DNA of 62,886 nt from a virus (Duplodnaviria; Caudoviricetes). The translations under genes and the position numbers were made by a program. Of this stretch, positions 1-10,111 are shown piece by piece. The stretch covers positions 1 to 62,886 of the IMG/VR virus record IMGVR_UViG_3300017971_003303, one strand, 5' to 3'. Positions within the stretch are counted from its first letter, which is position 1. Every line of letters begins with the position of its first letter. The notes below the pieces were generated by a model, which was given only the letters and a program-made list of their open reading frames with translations, made no database searches and was not told the DNA's origin.

Positions 1-877
1 CTTCTCAGTGGCAGGTGTACCCTTACTTCAAGTTCTGGCTGACCAATTAGGTAAAACTACAGTAGAGATACAAGAAATGATTAGTAAGGGGGAGATATCA
101 TCAAATATTGTTAATAAAGCTTTTGAAAGTATGGCTTCCGAAGGTGGGAAATTTGCTAATTTGATGGATAAACAATCAAAAACAGTTCAAGGTAGATTTT
201 CTAACTTAAAAGATACTGTTACCTTATTAATGAGAGAAATAGGACAATCATTACTTCCTGTTGTTGGTAGATTGGTTGATGTATTTTTAGACGATGTATT
301 ACCAGCAATAGAACCACTTATACCTTTAATTGGTGATGCACTAGTTGGTGTATTAGAAGAATTAATACCACATTTGCCTGATATCATTGAAGGTTTTACA
401 AAAATAGTTAAATTGGGTTTAAAATTATTTCAGGTATTATCTCCATTAATAGGACCAATACTAGATATAACGTTAGCATTATTGGATTTTATAGATTTAG
501 TATTAACACCAATAACTCCAGCACTAAAAATTCTAGTAGATTTACTTAGAGATGTATGGAAGTTCTTAGAGCCAATTGCCATTGGTTTGACAAAGATATC
601 TGGTTCACTTATTGGTAGTATACTAGGAGAAACATCAAGAATAGGGTCTAGTGCTCTTAGAGATATCTTTGGAGGATTAAAAGAAACTTTTGTCGGTGAT
701 GCAATTATAAGACCTAACGGAGAGATTATAAGAACACATCCTAAAGATACTTTAGTAGCTACTAGAGGAGGAATGGGTATGGTTATCAATATTACAGGAC
801 CTATTTATGGGACTGACCCAGACGATATAGCAGAAGCACTACAAAATAAATTAAATAATATGATAATTAGTACATAA
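1..877 (+). CDS. Tape measure protein, C-terminal part (continues from 62386-62886 across the window ends)
   Basis: FSVAGVPLLQVLADQLG...GGKFANLMDKQSKTVQGRFSNLKD continues the tape-measure domain begun at the right end; followed by amphipathic Leu/Pro-rich repeats. Confidence 0.9.
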   Translation, partial: FSVAGVPLLQVLADQLGKTTVEIQEMISKGEISSNIVNKAFESMASEGGKFANLMDKQSKTVQGRFSNLKDTVTLLMREIGQSLLPVVGRLVDVFLDDVLPAIEPLIPLIGDALVGVLEELIPHLPDIIEGFTKIVKLGLKLFQVLSPLIGPILDITLALLDFIDLVLTPITPALKILVDLLRDVWKFLEPIAIGLTKISGSLIGSILGETSRIGSSALRDIFGGLKETFVGDAIIRPNGEIIRTHPKDTLVATRGGMGMVINITGPIYGTDPDDIAEALQNKLNNMIIST

Positions 878-3800
878 TGGAAATCAAAACAAAAGTAAAT
901 TTAGGCGTATTGATTATAATTATACTTTTAAGTGGATATGTATACATAACAATGGACCACTTAAAAATTAGAATAGATAACGATAAATCAACATTTTATG
1001 TCAAGGATGGAAGGTGGTTAGTTAGTGGTAGAGAAATTAATAGTTTATTTGATGGTACAACTAAATTAAATAGGAGAGTTACTAATATAACTATAAATAC
1101 CACTTTTAATTACATAACTAATAAGACTAAGGTAGTTAGGATTACACCATATATTAGAGGACCAGTTATTATAGATACATATGAATTTTATGGTAATAAT
1201 ACTATTCCTGACTTATTTCCAGTTTCACATACAGTAGAAATTATTAATGGAAGTGGATTTTTTTATAAATATGAAGTAAGGGATTTAGATTACGATGGAA
1301 GTACTTTTAAATTAAATGGAAAACAAACATCTATGAATTTCGGAAAGAATATGAAAGTTACTTGGTGGAAAGATTATAGACTTGGTTGGATATATGAATC
1401 TGGAAGTATGTACGTTAAATCTGAAAAAATACAAGATGATTACATGAAATTTGATGTAAGGTTATTTGACCCTATACTTAGTAAAATATATGATAAGGAG
1501 AATCAAACAATAATATTTAAAGATAAATTTGGTGTTGAATTTGATAGAGTAACATTAATAACTAAGGCAGACAATAAATTAATAATACCAGGAATTAATA
1601 GGACAGTAGCTATAATGAAATTTAATAGCATGAAGGAAGCGATAGATGGAGTATCACATGTATATTTCTACGATAAGAATATGACATTAATACATAGACC
1701 TTTTTATTTTCAATACAAAACTTCAGACTATAAACTCGTTAACAATACTAAACTTAAATGTGATGAAATTTTTAATACTACTCTTGGAATAAATCAATTT
1801 GTAAAGTGCGAGAGAATAGTGACTGGATATGAATTAAAAGAAGTTAATGTAACATGGCATGATATTGGAAAAAAAGTGGATTTAGGAATAGAAAATATTA
1901 CCATTAGAGTTATAACTAATGTATATCCAGGTGATGACCATATAGAATGGATACCTGTGATACATGGTGAAATCATAACTGAGTGGGGTACATTTTCTGA
2001 TGGATTAAGAGTAGGATTAATTCATGTGTATAAATATAGTGAGGGTAGTGGAACTATAATGAACGATAGCATTGGTGGTACTAATATAACAGTAGTCGAT
2101 TCCTGGATTGCTTCAGGTATTAATGGTTCTAGTTATAATTGTTCTAAAGGTAATAGTGTTGGAAAAGATACTACAATAAATCCAGGAACTGAACATGGAA
2201 CAAATGAAGCATTCACAATGAGTTGGTGGTTTATTCCAGATGGGCAAATTTCTAATGACTGGTTTTTCCATATAAATTCTGATAATAGTAATGGTAAATT
2301 TAATTTATATACAAAAAGTACTACTGAATGGTGGCTTAGTTCATGGGACTCATTAGGACAAGAGTATGACTCTTGGAGTAATCATGGAACGTCACAACAA
2401 GTACATACGTTAGTTGGTAATAGTTCTGGATTTCAGTTATATGTAGACGGAGAGTTGAATATGAGTTTACCTATGACTGCTTGGCAATGGGATGTAGATA
2501 CTATATTAATATGGAGACAAGCTTCAGCAGGATATGATGCAGAAAGATTTACATTTGATGAATTTTATATATGGAACAGGTCATTAACAGGAACAGAAGT
2601 AAGTGATTTGAGTGATGCATTTTGGACTCCAGAAGAAGCTGCACCACCAGCTGGTGATTCTCCAATAGTATCTTTAAATACTCCAGTAGAAGGTTATAAT
2701 TCTACTGGTTCTGTTACATTTAATTGTTCAGCAGTTGATTCAGGAGTTTTAAATATAACTCTTTTTATAGATGGTGTTGCTGTTCATACAGTTACTAATT
2801 CATCTGCAAGTCAGAATCTTACTTTACAAAATACAACGGTTTTTAGTTCAGATGCATCTAAAAACTGGACTTGTAAAGGAGCAAATACAAATGGTAAAAA
2901 TACTACTATTACAAGAAATTTTACAATAGATGTTACTTCACCATTAGTTAGTATTTCTAATCCTACTACAGGAAATAAGACCACAAATATAAGTTCAATA
3001 AATTATACTGCATCAGATACTCATATAGATAAATGTTGGTATTCTTTAGATGATGGTGATACGAATTCTAGTGGTGTTAGTGTTGGTACAAACTTTACTA
3101 CTCTAACTAGTACAGAAGGTTCAAATAATTGGACTGTTTGGTGTAATGATACATTTGGAAATGAAAATTCAAGTTCAATTTATTTTTGGAAGGATACAGT
3201 ATATCCGTTAATTAGTATAGATTCTCCAAGTAATAACACTAATACTACAAATACAGGTCTAGATGTAACTTTTACTCAAACAGAAAATAATACAAATATA
3301 TGTTGGTGGACAAATGATTCTGGTTCAACAAATTATACTTTATCTAGTTGTGAAGATATTACTACTGAGACATGGAGTCAAGGAACTACAAGAGTTATAA
3401 TATATGTAAATGATACAAGTAATAATGTTAATAGTACTAGAGTAACGTTTACTGTTGATAATTTAGGACCATTAATAACAATAGGATATCCGTTAGAAAT
3501 AAATTATACTTCTGTAACTACATTAAATTATACTGTTACTGATGCTGTAATAGGTGCTAGTAGTTGTTGGTATTCTAATAATTCTGGAGATACAAACTAC
3601 TCTATCGTTAGTGCTGGCACTAATTGGTCTGGAATGAATACTACTGAATGTAGCAATACATGGATAGTTTATTGTAATGATTCTCTAGGAAATGAAAATA
3701 GTACTAGTACTACATTTCTAGTAGATACTACTGCACCTACATTTGATAATGCCAGAAATATATCTAATAATGCTAATACATCACTTTCAGAATCTTACTC

Positions 3801-4365
3801 AGCTACTGATGTATGTACATATGTTGGAACATATACATTAAATGATACTTCTAGATTTAATATTAGTTCTGCAGGTTTAATAATTAATGTGACTAATATA
3901 TCTACTGCAGAGTTATATTGGTTAAATGTGAGTGTAAATGATAGTTTAAATAATCTTAATTCACAAATATTTTATATAAATATTACGAAAGTAACTGTTA
4001 GTAATGCGAGTCTAAATTCTTCACTAAATACTGGTATTACTAGCATTACATTTAGACCTAATGCAAGTATTGTAAATGGCGTAGCGGCTACTGGTCAGAA
4101 TAGTAGTCATAGTTTGTTTATAGTTCATAATAATCATACTCAAGTATTTAACATAGATATGAGAGTTAATGTCACAAATACAGCAATCACTCTAAAATGT
4201 AATGACGATAATAGTTATGATACATCAACAGCATTAACTACTTCGTATCAGACAATAAATGGAAGTTTAGATATCGGTAATACTACATATATCTGGTGTT
4301 GGGCAGATTATAATAATCCTACAGCACCTTGGTACCCTGCTATCGGGATTTTGGGGAGAATATAA
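877..4365 (+). CDS. Large membrane-anchored/secreted protein with a LamG/concanavalin-like domain and Ig-like repeats (adhesin or surface-layer-like)
   Basis: N-terminal hydrophobic segment LGVLIIIILLSGYVYI; LamG-like FTMSWWF...LYVDG...FDEFYIWNRSL; repeats ending CNDxxGNEN/xDTxxP; >60 N-x-S/T sequons by manual count. Confidence 0.75.
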   Translation: MEIKTKVNLGVLIIIILLSGYVYITMDHLKIRIDNDKSTFYVKDGRWLVSGREINSLFDGTTKLNRRVTNITINTTFNYITNKTKVVRITPYIRGPVIIDTYEFYGNNTIPDLFPVSHTVEIINGSGFFYKYEVRDLDYDGSTFKLNGKQTSMNFGKNMKVTWWKDYRLGWIYESGSMYVKSEKIQDDYMKFDVRLFDPILSKIYDKENQTIIFKDKFGVEFDRVTLITKADNKLIIPGINRTVAIMKFNSMKEAIDGVSHVYFYDKNMTLIHRPFYFQYKTSDYKLVNNTKLKCDEIFNTTLGINQFVKCERIVTGYELKEVNVTWHDIGKKVDLGIENITIRVITNVYPGDDHIEWIPVIHGEIITEWGTFSDGLRVGLIHVYKYSEGSGTIMNDSIGGTNITVVDSWIASGINGSSYNCSKGNSVGKDTTINPGTEHGTNEAFTMSWWFIPDGQISNDWFFHINSDNSNGKFNLYTKSTTEWWLSSWDSLGQEYDSWSNHGTSQQVHTLVGNSSGFQLYVDGELNMSLPMTAWQWDVDTILIWRQASAGYDAERFTFDEFYIWNRSLTGTEVSDLSDAFWTPEEAAPPAGDSPIVSLNTPVEGYNSTGSVTFNCSAVDSGVLNITLFIDGVAVHTVTNSSASQNLTLQNTTVFSSDASKNWTCKGANTNGKNTTITRNFTIDVTSPLVSISNPTTGNKTTNISSINYTASDTHIDKCWYSLDDGDTNSSGVSVGTNFTTLTSTEGSNNWTVWCNDTFGNENSSSIYFWKDTVYPLISIDSPSNNTNTTNTGLDVTFTQTENNTNICWWTNDSGSTNYTLSSCEDITTETWSQGTTRVIIYVNDTSNNVNSTRVTFTVDNLGPLITIGYPLEINYTSVTTLNYTVTDAVIGASSCWYSNNSGDTNYSIVSAGTNWSGMNTTECSNTWIVYCNDSLGNENSTSTTFLVDTTAPTFDNARNISNNANTSLSESYSATDVCTYVGTYTLNDTSRFNISSAGLIINVTNISTAELYWLNVSVNDSLNNLNSQIFYINITKVTVSNASLNSSLNTGITSITFRPNASIVNGVAATGQNSSHSLFIVHNNHTQVFNIDMRVNVTNTAITLKCNDDNSYDTSTALTTSYQTINGSLDIGNTTYIWCWADYNNPTAPWYPAIGILGRI

Positions 4366-4366
4366 C

Positions 4367-5911
4367 ATGACAGAATACTATCCAATATTTTATATATATA
4401 AAACAGGTGTTCAAACAAAAGTAGAAATAGAGGATATAGACTATGATGATATAATTAGTATGGAAGTAGAAAAAAATATCGGTGACTTTAATTCGTCGTC
4501 ATCATTTTCAATTTCATTTAATAATTATGGTGGTAGGTACAGTGATACATTTAGTATAGGAGATGAGGTTATAATATATGCAGATAGGAATATTTATCCT
4601 TCCTATACAGTATTATTAAAAGGAACAATAGAGGATATTGATTTTTCTGGTCAGGAAAATAAGGAACAATTAGTAATAAGTGGTAGGGACTATAGTTCAT
4701 TATTACAAGACATCATTGTTGAACCTAGAGTATTTAAAAGTACTGAAGTTAGCGCAATAGTAACAGCTATTGTACAACAAAATATTAGTTCGGAACTACT
4801 AACTATAAATAATGTAAATACAACTACTACAACTATAGAAAAAATATCATTTCAAAATGTAAGTGTGTTTGATGCGTTAAAGAAATTAGGAGAGGCAAGT
4901 GGATATTACTTCTACGTAGATAGTGATATTGATTTACATTTTGAACAAAAAGACACTACTTCGTCTGGATTGACATTCAATAATACAAATATAAAGAAAG
5001 CTAAATTTAAAACAAGTGATAGTGAAATATTTAATAGGATAACTTTTTACGGAGATAGAATATTGGCAGGTCAGGAAGATATATTTACATCTACAGGTGG
5101 TAGTTCATATACATTAACATATAAACCCCATAATTTAACAGTTTATTTAAGTGGAACAAACAATACTATTTATCAACCAGCAGGTGTTCTAAATATTGGT
5201 AACCCAGCAGAGGAAGATATAAAGTATTTAGTTGATTTTCAAGGACAAAAGTTTGTAATGACAAGTGGCACAATAGCTGGTGATAACATAGCTCCAACAG
5301 GAAGTGTTCTAATAGCTAGATACGAAAAAAGTGTTCCAATAATAAAAATAAAGGCTGACTTTGATAGTCAAGCCTCGTATGGTTTGAAAAAGAAAGTAAT
5401 TATAGATAAGTCAGTTAAATCTCCAGAAGAAGCTAATAATAGAGCACAAACTTATTTGGATGAACATAAAGACCCAAAAATTCAAGGAAATATAGTTGTT
5501 AGAGGTGTTTTAGATGTCACTCCTGGTCAAACTTGTGTTGTTAATATTCCGTTTCAAGGTATTAGTTCACAAACATACACAATAATTAGTGCTAAATATT
5601 CTTTTAATAAATACAATACTTTAAATGATGAGGTATTAACATTAACTCTAAATAAAAGAATAAAAACACTCACAGATACATTAAAGGAACAAATTACTAG
5701 ATTAAAGAGTATTGAAATTGGTGATTTAGATGTAGGAATAGTACAAACTGATTTAACTTTAGGTAGTGTTGGTGTAAGTGGAACATACACAGCCATTAAA
5801 AGGAGTATTGGTTCTGCTTTCTATTTTCATGTTCCAAATCATAATATATTAAATAGTACAAGTTCTCTTTTAGGAGATATGAGAGCTGGGAGTACTGTTA
5901 CAACTGGATAA
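4367..5911 (+). CDS. Tail tip/baseplate hub protein
   Basis: Hub-like motifs ISGRDY, LGEASGYYFYVD..LHF, NRITFYG, SYGLKKKVI.D; lies downstream of the tape measure gene. Confidence 0.7.
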   Translation: MTEYYPIFYIYKTGVQTKVEIEDIDYDDIISMEVEKNIGDFNSSSSFSISFNNYGGRYSDTFSIGDEVIIYADRNIYPSYTVLLKGTIEDIDFSGQENKEQLVISGRDYSSLLQDIIVEPRVFKSTEVSAIVTAIVQQNISSELLTINNVNTTTTTIEKISFQNVSVFDALKKLGEASGYYFYVDSDIDLHFEQKDTTSSGLTFNNTNIKKAKFKTSDSEIFNRITFYGDRILAGQEDIFTSTGGSSYTLTYKPHNLTVYLSGTNNTIYQPAGVLNIGNPAEEDIKYLVDFQGQKFVMTSGTIAGDNIAPTGSVLIARYEKSVPIIKIKADFDSQASYGLKKKVIIDKSVKSPEEANNRAQTYLDEHKDPKIQGNIVVRGVLDVTPGQTCVVNIPFQGISSQTYTIISAKYSFNKYNTLNDEVLTLTLNKRIKTLTDTLKEQITRLKSIEIGDLDVGIVQTDLTLGSVGVSGTYTAIKRSIGSAFYFHVPNHNILNSTSSLLGDMRAGSTVTTG

Positions 5912-5920
5912 GGAGGAAAA

Positions 5921-6271
5921 ATGGGAATAACAACAGCTGGTTTAAGTGTAATTGCTGCTAATATGGCAGGTAGTTCATTACCTACAGCATGTGCCATAGG
6001 TATAAGTGGACTAACTTTTGCTAGTGGAAATACTGTATTAGGTAGTGAATGGGATAGAAATAGTTACTCATCTGCAGACTTAACTACATCTGAACAAATT
6101 ACATTTGTGTCAGATTTTTCACCAATAGAAACTAGTGGATTAGTATTGAAGGAACATGGTATGATGACTATTGGTAGTCAGATGTTGAATAGAGAAGTGC
6201 TTACAGGGAGTTTAGTATTTACTGGTGAAGAGGAATTACAAGTTCAACAAACATTTAAATTTTATATATAA
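5921..6271 (+). CDS. Putative tail/baseplate-associated protein
   Basis: ITTAGL...AIG...L.SE..R...LKEHG pattern like tail-fibre/baseplate N-terminal domains; GGAGG RBS. Confidence 0.5.
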   Translation: MGITTAGLSVIAANMAGSSLPTACAIGISGLTFASGNTVLGSEWDRNSYSSADLTTSEQITFVSDFSPIETSGLVLKEHGMMTIGSQMLNREVLTGSLVFTGEEELQVQQTFKFYI

Positions 6272-6292
6272 ATAATGAAAGGAGGATAAGAT

Positions 6293-6979
6293 ATGGCAAA
6301 TTTATTTAGTCAATATGCAAGTGGTGCACAATTAACTGCTGGTACTATATCAGGCAGTGCTAGTGGTGTAAGTGGATTGAATCCTATTGTAGATAGATTA
6401 AACTCTATTACTAGTAGTGATAATTTAGTTACAGGAAGTATGATTAGTGGTACATCAAGTCATTATTTTGGAGATGTTACTATTAGTGGTACAACATCGA
6501 CTTTTGTGGGTAGTAATATTACTAGTAATATTAGTGGAGTTAATATAGTCATATATGCTTCTGGCGGTAATGTTGTTGAAACAGATATTAATAGTGATTC
6601 ATTTGAATCAACAACACTACAATTATTTACAGTAAGTGACTTTATAGACTATAGTAATGGTAGCACTTATTTAGTAGTTAGTGGTACAGAATCTGTCTTT
6701 AGTGTATGTGACCTGACATATTATACATCCGGTGCAGGTGTTGCAGGAAAAAATGGATTTGATTATAGACTAACAAGAGATAATGAAGATGCTAATAGTG
6801 TTACACATAATGTAGTTATAGGTTCAATGGCTCAAGCAACACCAAAGGGTTCAGCTTCAATTAACTGGATTGATACTCCTGGCGCAGGTGGACATACATA
6901 TGAACTACAAATTCAACCCACACTTGGTTCTATAGTAATAAAGGAAGTATCTATGAGTAGTATAAGATTAAAAGTTTAA
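6293..6979 (+). CDS. Putative tail fibre/minor virion protein, Ser-Gly rich
   Basis: About 10 SG dipeptides; C-terminal WIDTPGAGGHTYELQ beta-sandwich motif; GGAGG RBS. Confidence 0.55.
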   Translation: MANLFSQYASGAQLTAGTISGSASGVSGLNPIVDRLNSITSSDNLVTGSMISGTSSHYFGDVTISGTTSTFVGSNITSNISGVNIVIYASGGNVVETDINSDSFESTTLQLFTVSDFIDYSNGSTYLVVSGTESVFSVCDLTYYTSGAGVAGKNGFDYRLTRDNEDANSVTHNVVIGSMAQATPKGSASINWIDTPGAGGHTYELQIQPTLGSIVIKEVSMSSIRLKV

Positions 6980-7072
6980 AAATATGGTAACCATAAAATT
7001 TAAATACTATAGATATTTTATAATATTATGAAATACTTGAAAGTACTTTTAAATATTTTTGAAAGGAGGTAA

Positions 7073-7693
7073 ATGAAGATGGAAAAAAGTTTTGTAAATA
7101 CTAATACCTTTAAATTACTATCATGGATAACTTTGTTAGGAGTTCTATCTCTTTTAGTTGTTTCATTACCTTTTGTTAGTACAAATGGTTTAACTAAGGA
7201 AGATGTTAGAGCAGTAGTTGTAGACGAATTGACACAAAATCAACCTACATGTGATTTTCCTACAGCAGAAGAAATAGCTAATTTAGTAAATGTTCCTATA
7301 ACTGATAATCAAAAAGTCGACGATATTTATGATGAAATCTTTAAAGTAGATAAGGAAGAGTCCATAGCTGAGGATTTGGCTCTTGATGAATTAAATACAA
7401 AAGATTTTAAGAGAGAAGTTGCTAGGAAATTAGTACATGAAGGAGAAGATGTTGAGGATTATCATGACATAGATAGAATAGTAGTTAAGGATAGTGAAGT
7501 TGATGTTGTGGGTACTGACGGTACTGTAACATTAGAGTTAAAAGTATACTATGTTTTAGATGGAGATGAAGAGGAAACAGCAAGAGCAAGGTTAAAAGCT
7601 GAATTTGAAGTAGTTGATTTAGATGAGGATGATAACTATGAGGATGCTGAAGTAGATGACTATGAACTAGAAGTAGTAAAAGTCTATGAATAG
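7073..7693 (+). CDS. Membrane-anchored acidic protein
   Basis: N-terminal transmembrane helix, very Asp/Glu-rich body, GGAGGT RBS. Confidence 0.6.
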   Translation: MKMEKSFVNTNTFKLLSWITLLGVLSLLVVSLPFVSTNGLTKEDVRAVVVDELTQNQPTCDFPTAEEIANLVNVPITDNQKVDDIYDEIFKVDKEESIAEDLALDELNTKDFKREVARKLVHEGEDVEDYHDIDRIVVKDSEVDVVGTDGTVTLELKVYYVLDGDEEETARARLKAEFEVVDLDEDDNYEDAEVDDYELEVVKVYE

Positions 7694-7703
7694 ATTTAGT
7701 TAA

Positions 7704-7725
7704 TTTTTTATTTTTTTAATTTTTT
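7704..7725 (+). terminator. Archaeal-type oligo-T terminator
   Basis: TTTTTTATTTTTTTAATTTTTT shortly after the stop codon, with no hairpin. Confidence 0.6.
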
Positions 7726-7759
7726 GGGTATAGAATAGTTAAATATAATGGAGGTAAAA

Positions 7760-7969
7760 ATGGTTACAAAAAATAAACCATGGTATATGAGTAAGACCAA
7801 ATGGGGTGCTTTGTTAGTTGGTGTAGGTGTAGTTTTGGGAACAGCAGGAAAAATTGTTAATGGCAGTTTAGACCTAAATCCTGGAATTCTAACACTATTA
7901 ACAGAAATTGGTGTTGTGTTGGGTGTTTTTGGTATTAGAGATTTACCATTGTTGAATAGTAAGAAATAG
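7760..7969 (+). CDS. Holin-like two-TM protein
   Basis: KPWYMSKTKW motif plus two hydrophobic helices; last gene of the tail module; GGAGGT before ATG 7760. Confidence 0.55.
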   Translation: MVTKNKPWYMSKTKWGALLVGVGVVLGTAGKIVNGSLDLNPGILTLLTEIGVVLGVFGIRDLPLLNSKK

Positions 7970-7977
7970 AGAAATTT

Positions 7978-9168
7978 TTATTTTATTTTTTTTAATATTT
8001 CTAGAGCTTTTTTAGCAGTATTGTTCCAAGTCCAATCTTTAACATCTGTTAAAGATTGTATACCTTTTAATTTTACTTCATTTCTATGTTCAAAACAATA
8101 CCTCATAATCTTTTTTAATTCTTCTACATTAGGAGTTGCCCACTCACATTCTTCGTAAAGAGTATCTGATGTAACAGGTTTTAATGTATATGGTATTTTC
8201 CAACTATTTCCTTCATTCATATAATCTACTTGTCCGCCAAAGTTTGTTTGTATAGTTGGTAAACCACAAGCCATAGCCTCTAATCCAGGGATATTAAAAG
8301 CATCAGCTAATTGTGCACATACATAAACATTTGTAGAGTTATATAAATTACATAAATTATTAGTATCCATGTCTTGTGCTAAAATAGTCACTTTTGATAA
8401 TGTATTAGGTAATTGTAATTTATTCATTTCAGTAAGAATATTATTAGGATGTAAGTATGCAGGATTTGTCTTTAAAATTAGTTCTACATTTTCACCTTCA
8501 TTAAATTCCTCCTTAAATGCTTTTAGAACATATCCAACACCTCCTCTATCATCATATCCACCTCTCCAACCTTTAACACATATAAATTTAAAAGTTTCAT
8601 TATTTTTAGGAGATTTTTTATCTAGAAATACAGATTGTCTTTTGTCAAAATTAGTATCTTTATTTAATGAATAAAATTTTGATAAGTCTACGCCATGTGG
8701 TACAATTTTTATTTTTCCTCTTATAGAGTAAATTAAATCACAATACTCCTTAGAATATTTGGTTTTATCATTTAAACAATCATTCATTGTAGTATATATA
8801 GCCATTCTTGTATGTTTACTAGGAACCCATATCTGACTAACTTTTTTATCCGCCAAATAAGGTATCCAATATTCAGGAATTCTTGTTCCTTCCCAAACTA
8901 AAAATCCAACAAAATGTTTTGAGTTATAAGAATTATAAGCTAACTTCCAAAAAGGTGGTGTTAATATTCCTATTGTTACATCTGGCTTCCTATAACCTTT
9001 TTGTATCATATTTAACTCTGCATCATTAACTTGTCTCATCCAATCAGAAGGTAGTTGTGATTCTAACTTTATATTATCATTGTATTTATACAGAGCATTA
9101 GTAAATTGTCTAGTATGACTAGCATAGCCAGTTGTTCCGAAAATGTTTCCTACTATATTTATTTTCAT
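7978..9168 (-). CDS. Glycosyltransferase, GT4 (GT-B fold)
   Basis: TGYASHTR, VPHGVD, DAFNIPGLEAMACGLPTI. Confidence 0.9.
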   Translation of the reverse strand: MKINIVGNIFGTTGYASHTRQFTNALYKYNDNIKLESQLPSDWMRQVNDAELNMIQKGYRKPDVTIGILTPPFWKLAYNSYNSKHFVGFLVWEGTRIPEYWIPYLADKKVSQIWVPSKHTRMAIYTTMNDCLNDKTKYSKEYCDLIYSIRGKIKIVPHGVDLSKFYSLNKDTNFDKRQSVFLDKKSPKNNETFKFICVKGWRGGYDDRGGVGYVLKAFKEEFNEGENVELILKTNPAYLHPNNILTEMNKLQLPNTLSKVTILAQDMDTNNLCNLYNSTNVYVCAQLADAFNIPGLEAMACGLPTIQTNFGGQVDYMNEGNSWKIPYTLKPVTSDTLYEECEWATPNVEELKKIMRYCFEHRNEVKLKGIQSLTDVKDWTWNNTAKKALEILKKIK

Positions 9169-9275
9169 TATCTTTTTTTAGGTTGTCCAATAGGTCCTTT
9201 TCCTTTTCCATATCCTTTTCCTTTTCCACTACCTTTACTTCTTATTTTAGACCCTGGACATGTTTTATTTGTCAT
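9168..9275 (-). CDS. 35-aa Gly/Lys-rich peptide MTNKTCPGSKIRSKGSGKGKGYGKGKGPIGQPKKR (not in ORF track)
   Basis: Manual translation; GGAGGT RBS; ATGA overlap with the upstream gene and TAATG overlap with the downstream gene. Confidence 0.7.
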   Translation of the reverse strand: MTNKTCPGSKIRSKGSGKGKGYGKGKGPIGQPKKR

Positions 9276-10111
9276 TTTAGTACCTCCTTATTATATTTTT
9301 TTAAAAAATCTCCAGTTTCTTTAAATCTTTTTTTACACCACTTCAAAAATGTTTCATTATCAATTTGTACACATTGTGAGTAATCTGGTCTTCTATTCCC
9401 ACCACTAGGTGTTTGGAGATGATATGCTATTGCCCCAGTATGTACTGCTAATTTATATCCTTTGAGAATTGCACTTAGTGAAAAAAATCCTTCCTCTCTA
9501 AATGCAACAGTAGTTAGATTATCAGGATATTTGATTTCCTTATTTATTTTAGATTTATATAGACAATTTGTTCTAAATTGATGTGTAGGTATTAATTTTG
9601 ATTCATTATAACAATATCCACATTCGTCATTTTGTTTTATTATATTTCCATCCTTATCAAATTCATGTAAATTCATTACTGGACCTAGTCTTTTTATTTG
9701 TCTTATAATTCTAGGATTGGATAATATAGGTATAAGTCCTGTAATCATATCATAACCTTTATTTATTCCTTCTAGTAATTTCTCTATATATGTTGGTTCC
9801 AAAATTACGTCATCATCTAATCTTAATGTTAATGGATTATCGAAATCGTCATCCTCAATACATTTGTTTCTAGCATAACAACATCCAAAGCTTTGGTCAA
9901 TTCTAACTATTTTAACTATATGATTTTCTAACTTTAATCTATTTACTAATGACATAAGAGGTTGACATTGTATTATTAAACCCCCACTAGCATCGTCAAT
10001 TATTATTATATCAAAATTTTGGTATGTTTGTGTTCTTAAACTTTGTAATAGTAGACATAGTTCTGTCCATCTATCACGTGTTGCAATATGTATTGTTATT
10101 CTATTATCCAT
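9272..10111 (-). CDS. Glycosyltransferase, GT2 (GT-A fold)
   Basis: ITIHIATRDR, QTYQNFDIIIIDDAS, ARN, LDDD (DxD). Confidence 0.9.
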   Translation of the reverse strand: MDNRITIHIATRDRWTELCLLLQSLRTQTYQNFDIIIIDDASGGLIIQCQPLMSLVNRLKLENHIVKIVRIDQSFGCCYARNKCIEDDDFDNPLTLRLDDDVILEPTYIEKLLEGINKGYDMITGLIPILSNPRIIRQIKRLGPVMNLHEFDKDGNIIKQNDECGYCYNESKLIPTHQFRTNCLYKSKINKEIKYPDNLTTVAFREEGFFSLSAILKGYKLAVHTGAIAYHLQTPSGGNRRPDYSQCVQIDNETFLKWCKKRFKETGDFLKKYNKEVLK

